A stretch of DNA of 64,000 bases from Vicugna vicugna (lineage: Eukaryota): NCBI GenBank assembly GCA_013265495.1, contig MU058463.1:806001-870000 (forward strand), read 5' to 3'. Numbering within the stretch: the first letter of the stretch is position 1; each line of letters starts with the position of its first letter. The notes beneath the pieces are model-generated. The model was not told the DNA's origin. It did not search any database and was given only the letters and a program-made list of their open reading frames with translations. Shown piece after piece: positions 56,011-64,000 of the stretch. A program made the translations under genes and the position numbers.

Positions 56011-56624
56011 GTACAGTGACTAAGAAGTTATCTCTTTTCTCAAATAAAGATCAATAATAGATAATATATCTTCTTATCCTTTGTGATTTTTTAAATCCAA
56101 CTTCACTTTTAGCTACTTATTGATCATATTTCAAAGTATTCCCCAGATATCCACATATTAAATATGTTCTCTTGTCCTTCAATAAGCATAATTTCAAAAA
56201 TATTGTTGATGATTTATTAGGGAGATTTCCAATTTTCATCAAAAGTTATTTAAGTATTTTTCTTTCAAAATGGTATGGATTATAATAATTATTTCATATC
56301 ACTTACTATTACACCTATTTTTTGCAAGTTCTAATTTCCTTATTAGAACTGTTTTTCCTTATTTTTATTCCATGTCGATATCTGTCAAAAGGCAGGGGAG
56401 TGATTCTGCATTTATGAAATAATGTCCCTGTTGAGTCAGAACACACTGGTGTAATAAAAGACTTTAAGAGCTAGCATTTTTTCTGTGTGACCCGTTGCCA
56501 CTCCATAGCTGTTGTAACTTAGGTTAAATGGTCAATCAGATCTGAGTTAATCAGATTTTCCCTCCTACACCTCTAAATCTGAAACAGGGCGACACAGAGA
56601 CTTATTATTATATTTGAGTAGCAT

Positions 56625-56780
56625 TAATTGAAGTGCTTCTCAATCTTTGTACCTAAGGATAACCAGGGAACTTGTTAAAATGCAGATTCTGGTCTAGGAT
56701 AGAGTGGATGGTCATTTTTGTAAGCTCTCAGGTGGTGCAGATGCTGTTGGTAGCTAGGTTACATTTTGCGTAGCAAGGAT
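56625..56780. mobile_element. MER5-like DNA transposon
   Basis: 'gtgcttctcaatcttt...agggaacttgttaaaatgcagattctgg...cattttgcgtagcaagg'. Confidence 0.65.
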
Positions 56781-57130
56781 TTTCGTTAGAGAAAAAGCAG
56801 AAAAATTCTGTGCTGATGCTCTTGAAGTTTCCAGGTTCCTTTCCTGCCTTTGAGTTATTTCCTCTTCTAATTTCTTAAGGTAGCCCACTGTCTTCAATAA
56901 ATTCATTTTTCTTCAAGTTAACCAGTTAGGTTATTGTAGTTACCACCAAAAACAAAAACAAAAACTAACAAATGAATGCTATGTGTCCAAGTCAGTACAA
57001 TAAGTGTCCACAAAGAGCCTCGTTTAATTATACTCTATTCACTAGGTCATATAGGTATAAATGAGTTAACAGAGAACTTGGAACTCTTGCTTCCCAGAAA
57101 CCATCTACTGGGTTGTTGGCAAGTAATACT

Positions 57131-57450
57131 TGTTTTTAACATACAATATAAACACTGTATTAACAGTCAGCAGATCATCCTCAGGGGCAAAGTGGTTGAC
57201 CCAGACATCCAGGACCCAGTCAGAAGTTCAGTGCAGCCTCCAAGCCTCTCCCTCTGATTCCAGTAGGGTGAGCACATTGCCCTCGTGCACGGGGCTTTTC
57301 ATGTTTCAGATGATGCAGTGGCTCATATTGTCTGTGAATTCTACTTGCAGGTGTGTGTACTGTCCCTGAGACTGGACCTGCCCAGCTCATTGGTGAGCCT
57401 GGCCAGCTTGATGGGCTGCACACAACTCGCATCTGCGGGGCTGCCGTTGA
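57131..57450 (-). pseudogene. RPS28: Processed pseudogene of ribosomal protein S28
   Basis: 57436-57228 minus translates [66 protein letters not shown], colinear with RPS28 ([26 protein letters not shown]...LLESEREARRLR); intronless, ATG lost, frameshift, internal stop; 3'UTR-like 'CTGGGTCCTGGATGTC' follows. Confidence 0.95.
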
Positions 57451-58799
57451 GTAGAAAACAACAGGTACTATTAATATCAGACTGTCTGAAAAATGAAAAT
57501 AAACCAATTTCTTTCTCGATTTCTCTGATAATTGTGGTTCTCTTTACTTAATGGTGTCTCACAACAGTGTATGAGGTTTTGAGGTTTTAAGTGTGAGCAT
57601 CAGAGATGCAAGTGCACTGTGAAATTGCATATCATATTTTCCTATGTGCAAAATTGAAGACTATATAAAGGCTAGGATCCTAATGTATATAATCAGTGAG
57701 TTTTTCCCTCACTGCTTGAAATTAGGAAGATACAATTTTGACACAATATTCATCTCATTCACAGAAAAATACCTATAAAAGATACATAATTTTTAGTTGT
57801 AAAATAATTTGTACCTAGTGAAAAGGGAGAGTTCTTGGCTAGTATAATAATAATAATAACAACAACAACAATACATCAAAGTATATATGAAACAAACATT
57901 TATATTTGTATATTTTATCTGATATATTTATAATAAGAAGCATACATTTGGGAAATTTGTACAACATAAGCAAAAGAGTCTACTGTAACCTACAGTGAAA
58001 TACTGCTTTTAAAATTGCTTGCCCTCTAATTCCTTGTGTTATGACTAACCAGGAACTAGAAAAATAATCTCTGCAAGTACCATTAAATTATTGACCTATG
58101 GTTAATATCTGCTACTTCTGCTCTCAGGAATTCTGTCATCTTTCTGGAAAAATAGTACCCTAATTTTTCTTAAGGAACACATTCTACAACTGCCTCTCCC
58201 CACTGGTTTGGATAGAGTTGCCCCAGTCTCTGACTAATTGGTATGCTCTGCCTAGCCATCTCTGTTTGGCCCAAAGACCTCAGACTGACCTAAAGAGAAT
58301 GGTTCAAGGATTGGGTACTGAGTTTAAAGGAGCCAGTGAAATCTGCACCCAAGAACATTATTTCTCTGTTAAGGGAGAGAAGACTTTGTTACAAACACTT
58401 GAGGAGCTTTTTAAAAAATATGGACGTGTGGGTCCCACTGCGTACCAATTAACACTGAATCTGAGGAGCTGGGTTTAGGTAAGTGTTGCTTTTTAAAACT
58501 CCTTAAGTGAGTCTAAAGAGCATTCCAGGTGCACTGACCACTTCATGGCGCAGTATCTTGGAGAACATGAGTGTAAAGGCAACAGAAAGGAAGGCAGAAC
58601 CATAATGTAGAGAGAAATCAAATCCTGATGACAGAATTTTAATCCATGTCTTAATTCAAAATTACCCCCAAAGAGTTTTTGACTTCTTTGCAATCCTTTT
58701 TTGGTATGAATCAATTCAAAATAGTTTTCTGTCACTTTCAACAGAAATAGACCTAATGATATGGTAAACATTTTAAGTGCCTTTAACTTTTCTGTGTGG

Positions 58800-59012
58800 T
58801 TAATGCCTGAACAATGTGAAGCAGGGGGTTGCTGACTCTCCGTGAAGTTGAAAACTTGTGTATCCTTTACAGCTGGACTTAACCTATGGGAGGTTCTGCA
58901 TCCTCAGATTCAACCAACTGCAGATGGTGTAGTTCTGTAGAACAAACTTATTGAAAAAAATCTGAAGTGGATCCATGCAGTTCAAACTCATGTTGAGCAA
59001 AGGGTCAACTAT
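58800..59012. mobile_element. Tigger1-derived non-autonomous DNA transposon
   Basis: Right TIR 'ttcaaactcatgttgagcaaagggtcaact' followed by ata; internal 'gcatcctcagattcaaccaactgcagat'. Confidence 0.75.
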
Positions 59013-59944
59013 ACTTTATCATTGTTCACTTAAAATCAGCTTTGTACCCATTTAAAAATATTAATGTAGTGATTTTAGTTACATAACACTATAAAATAAA
59101 AACTATCATGTTATCATATATATTCCTGTGATCTCTGAAATTATCTGTACAAATGAGAAGGTGCTTGGTCCAAGAATTGCTACCTATATAAGGTCCAATT
59201 CTACCTCACACAAGAAGTTTATTTTGACTCACACAAAATAAACGCTTTTGCTTATTTTGACTGTTTCTCAGAGGAATAATAAAAATGAGTAATACAAAGG
59301 GAGTAATGTTAAAATGTATTTTGCTCAGTTTCGTGAATTAAATTATGAGCTTTATGACAGTATTACTTTCTCAATGAGCTGGTAAGATGTTTACGATAGA
59401 CTCATAGCAACCATAAAGGGCCCTTCCATGCGACAAGTAATTTTCATGTATCATATACATTTCAACAAATAAAAGAGCACCTAGATGAACAGCATTATGA
59501 AACCTACTAATAAAATGTGGTTTAAAAAGCATATGATTAAAATAATCCAATACTAAAATTAACAATGGAATTCTGCCTTTCCTCCCTTATGCACTCCTTA
59601 CTATGATTTCATGACCAAGATACTCATCTGTGACCAAACACCAGATCTGAGAGATATATGTATCTTTAGGAAAATAAAAAGATTAAGAATATTTTATAAA
59701 AATTCTTTAAGCCTAAAAGATTATTATCATTTGATCTAAAATCTGGGGTAAAATATAAATTTTACCAATTTCTATATAATGCATATCTTTCATTTTTTGA
59801 ATAAAAATGTCCACCTTTAATTCATTCTTACATTTGTAACAGTGATTAGAATGTCTCTACAATACTTGACCATTATAGAACTATTCCTGATTATCTGTAT
59901 TATAACCTATGCTACAAGAGATCAGTGATCTCTTTTCTGTTTCA

Positions 59945-61530
59945 GGTATTCATTCCTGCATAAGAATAGCTTCAATACTTTGTAGTTTAGAACAACAAGG
60001 GATTTATTCTTTCCAATGATTTTGTGGGACAGAAATTCACATATTCTTGATCTGGGCAGTTCTCTTCCACATGGCAGTGGTGGTTATTCTGTAAGCTGTC
60101 TTCAACTGGTGACTGCGATAAACTGGACTACAAATATGTGAAATATACACACTCCCCATGCAAAATCATCCAAAACCAAGAGTATCATGAAGCCCAGGAC
60201 TGAACCATGTTAAGTCCAGTCCAGATGAGAAAGGAGCATTTTAGGGGCAGTTTCTGTGTTGTAGCTTCTCAGTTTAGCTCTTTTTGTTCCAGAACTAAAA
60301 AGATAAATTATGTCAGGTTTGTCTGAATCAAAATATATGTATACAAAAATAAAAATTATCTTTCCCCCTACTCTACAGCCCAAAATCTAATGATGAGACA
60401 AGCGCAAAAAAAAAAAAAAAAAAAAAAAAACCTTCAGAAGAGAAGATTCAAAAAAGAAACTTCAGAAGAGGTAGGGAATAAAGTACATAGCAGTCACTGG
60501 TCTACAGTAAATTTGAGATCCAGTTGTACATAATTGTTAGAGAATCTTACTTCTGGAGCAGAAAATAATTCTTCAGTTAAGGCCTGGCTTTTCTCCCCAG
60601 GAGTGTTTTCTGCAGCTTTCAGCACCATCTTCAGGAAGCTTCTCTCTGACCTTGGAGTTTACCTTTATAATATTTTGATAAACAGCCTGTGTTTACAACT
60701 GAAAAGCTTTCTCAGCTCCTCACTGCCTTTAAAAGACAGGATGCCCATATCCTCTTTTCTTTTAAACTGCCTCATCCCTTTTATTCTAGGCTGATGATTC
60801 TTTCACCAATACAGTTTTCTTAAAAACTTTGTTGGTTTCAATGAATAAAATTGAGATTCACTCAGTCCCCTCAAAGACTCAGCTGTACTTTCATTAGAGA
60901 CAGAAATCCCTTTACTTTAGGCAGGTAAAGCTGCTGTGGGACAAGGCCCCTTTAGATTCTTAGAATCCATTCTGTCTAACTGCAAGAGACTTAAATCTTT
61001 CAAAGATTATATAGTAAGAGACTTGTAGTCTTAACTTGTAGTTTTATCTTTAACCTGAAGCCACATTTTACTGGGAAAACTATAGATTAACATTTATCTT
61101 AATGCTACTTTTCACTGTGAGAAAAATTTTCTGGCAGGAATAGTAGGGGATGAGAAAAAGTTATATTTTCTAACTTAGCAATCTTGGATTTGAAATATTT
61201 CCTCCAAATTCTGCTTGAAAACAGAATAAGCCCTCTTTAGTTCATCTCTCTTTTATAGTACTTTACCATAGGTAATGTGTAAACCAACTGGCACTTTGAA
61301 CATTATGCCTTAAAATATGTTTAGTTAGTTCTCAAATTCATTAGGTTATATTTTCTATCATACATGAAATGCAGTCAACAGTCTTGGCAGTTTTTCCACC
61401 AAAACATAACATGTCTGATTTTCCTCAGTCTCCAGTATCAATTTTCTTACTGAATTTCCTGCTGTCTCTCTGAACTTTGTTTACTGCTTGATTCCAGAGC
61501 CAATACCACATGGATTAGGTTTTTGTTAGA
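59945..61530 (-). mobile_element. Decayed MaLR (MLT1-like LTR plus internal) sequence
   Basis: LTR-like 'gtagtttagaacaacaagggatttattctttccaatgattttgtgggacagaaattc'; internal end 'gccaataccacatggattaggtttttgttagagcaaca'. Confidence 0.45.
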
Positions 61531-62449
61531 GCAACAATACTTTCAAGGGGAAAGGAAATAGATTCATCTGGTGCGTATAAAGAGATAGGGGAAAAATTAA
61601 TAAAGGCTGTCTTTGTAGAATATTTAATAGATTATCTATATCTGCATATGATCTCTCGAATTTTGCAATATGTTGAAGGGTGGGGCTGTGTGACTGAAAG
61701 CTAAAAGCTGCATATTTGCTAAGTCATGGATGTTTGGAATGCAGGGATAACCTTGGATTTTTTCTACTTGATGCTATATAATTTTAATATACTGAATTGT
61801 GTATGTATACATTTATATATAAATATAGAATAACATGGATAAACTGTTATTAATTACCATTTTCTCTGTTTTTCATTTCTATTGCAGACATCTAAAGAAA
61901 GTAGTTCTAAGATAAAGGAAAATAGTTATTCAGGCTGTGGAAGAAATATCTTCCTTTTAAAATGTTGTCAATTATATTGTGATATCTATATCAATCTCAC
62001 GTCCACTAATTAGTATAAATCCATATCTTGCAGTCTGGTACATACTGATTGGGAAGCAATATACACAGTAGTGAAGATAGATGTGAATTGAATCTTACTT
62101 TCTTTATCTTCTATTGATGTTGCATTAATCAGCTTGCTCAATGCTGTAGTAAAACTTCATTCATGTTTTTCTTTTTTAAAACAAAGCATACTGTTTGACT
62201 CAGCTTAATAATTTAGCTATTAAGTAAAATCAAGTATTTATACTAGAAAAGCAGAAACCACCACACAACTACCATCACTACTATTGGACCATCTCTGAGA
62301 GGTAACCAGATCTCCCTTGACAAAAATCTACTTTAACTCTCTATAAGGTTAATAATTCATAAAAGTGCATGAAAGTATTTTTTATGAAAATTGAATAGTT
62401 AAAGGGAAATACATATATTTGTAACATTTCTCTAATAAAATTGTCAAAT

Positions 62450-63410
62450 ATACCTCACATTTTACAGGTATTTTAAAATTAAATTTATTTTAAAATAATA
62501 TATTAAATGTGCAAACATGTATTTCTTGAAGAATATGTGTTGACCACACATTAAATTGAAGTTTGCCAAAATTTGTGCACATATTTTGCCCAATGTCTAT
62601 TTGAAAAGTTGAATTTAATATTTTTATTTCCGTGTTCAAGCAGCTATTAAAAAGGTCAAAACAGGAGCTATCTGTTGGAGTTTCACTACTTTGCAAATTT
62701 GCCATGATTTTTCAATGTATCTATTCTTAATACGAAGTGACAGCATGGCAAAGAAAGTAATTTCAACACATTTTCTTGGTATCAGTTGCACATACTATTA
62801 CTTGTGATTCCTCCAGTGATGTAAAAAAAAATTTTATGCCAAGAATTTCTTCAATATTTGACTGAATTTCTCTTGGCATTTTATAAACCTTTTTTTCTTG
62901 GTATAATCATTGTACTTTTTAAAAAAATGTACAGTATCTCAAAGATTCTGTGCACTATTAAAGTAAGATCCAGGTAATCTGCCAGAGCCATTTCTTTTCC
63001 TTTGGAAGTTTTTTTTCTGTATCTGCTGGTTTATTAACTGGTCCAAACAGCAAAATTTGGGGACTGAATATATCTGTGGTAATGTAGTCAGTATTTGATA
63101 AATAAAAAGCTATATGTCAAGTACTCTTAGAAGTACTATTAATGCTAAAGCCTATTAGGCAATAAATGTAAAACAGTTTAGAAAAATCTGAATTTTAATT
63201 TTTTTTTCTCTGAAGCTATATTTTGTAACACAGCTCCAACTACCTTTCTTGGAGCCCAGTGATCAGGTTCCATGATATTAAGTCTGTGTAATTTGATAGA
63301 ATCCCATCAGAGCCAAATATTTTGCATTAGTTTGTTCACACATTGGTTTGAATGGAATTTTTCCAACATCAGTTGTATTATTTTTTATGATATGAAAAGT
63401 GTGCACTATA
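62450..63410 (-). pseudogene. Candidate decayed exon(s) with C-type-lectin-like remnants
   Basis: IW/SDGILSNYTD (63282-63318), KGSWSC, FAVWTS, KWLWQ, and ORF 62490..62705 ending MCTNFGKLQFNVWST..HVC; boundaries uncertain. Confidence 0.4.
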
Positions 63411-64000
63411 ATTTTCATTTCATGGATATATTTTTATTAACTTCAAATTGAAACAAACACAAGACCATGGAAGAAAGGTAATACAACCAGCCCAGAATTT
63501 ATGGTAATACTTTGATTAATACTTTCTAGATAGATATTTTGTTTTATAGAATTAATCAAACATTATAGACAGTGCTTGGAGATTGAAAATATGACAAAGA
63601 ATATTTTCTGGAGAAAAAGCAAGACAAGAAGAAAATGGGAAAATGTCAAAAAAAATTGGTAGGAAATGCATGTGATCAACTCAATAGCTTCAAAATTATA
63701 GTTTGGATCAAACTGGCTTGAGTATATCTGTGAGTAATATTAAGTTTGACTAAAGTTTTGAAATCAATTTCTGCAAAGCATTATACTAGAAATCTTATTT
63801 ATTCAATCAAATCCATGTAATGTCCAAGGTGGAAATTATCATCCTCTTTTCATAGATAAGGAAGCTAAGGTTTAAGTTGACAAAAAGTAAATTCAAATTT
63901 AAAAACTTTTGTGCAAGGTATGTAGATCAAGCTTTTCAGTAAGTCTTTTTAATAAGTAAGGCATAGAGAAGAAAATAAAGAAATTTGATTCTCTGTAACT

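Overview
AT-rich, CpG-depleted mammalian DNA, very likely camelid (a Vic-1-type tRNA-derived SINE at ~12.5 kb). I see no intact protein-coding gene. Most supplied ORFs are chance ORFs or transposon debris. The window is dominated by old interspersed repeats: a decayed ERVL provirus with nested MaLR, L1 and MLT2 insertions (1.4-7.2 kb), many L1 and L2 fragments, ERV1 solo LTRs, and MER5/Tigger DNA transposons. It also holds an RPS28 processed pseudogene and a TSD-bounded U6 snRNA/polyadenylated-3'-end chimeric retrocopy. The most interesting signal lies between the repeats. A series of large (0.2-0.9 kb) minus-strand exon-like blocks spans ~8-63 kb. Several have good splice sites, and several retain frameshifted C-type-lectin-domain motifs (NQCYYF, LNWADAQ..C, WLDG..V...HW, LW..NCS.K, WSDG..NYT). 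I interpret these as the fossil of a large multi-C-type-lectin gene (unitary pseudogene) that I cannot name. Repeat family names and most boundaries are from recall of consensus sequences and are approximate.
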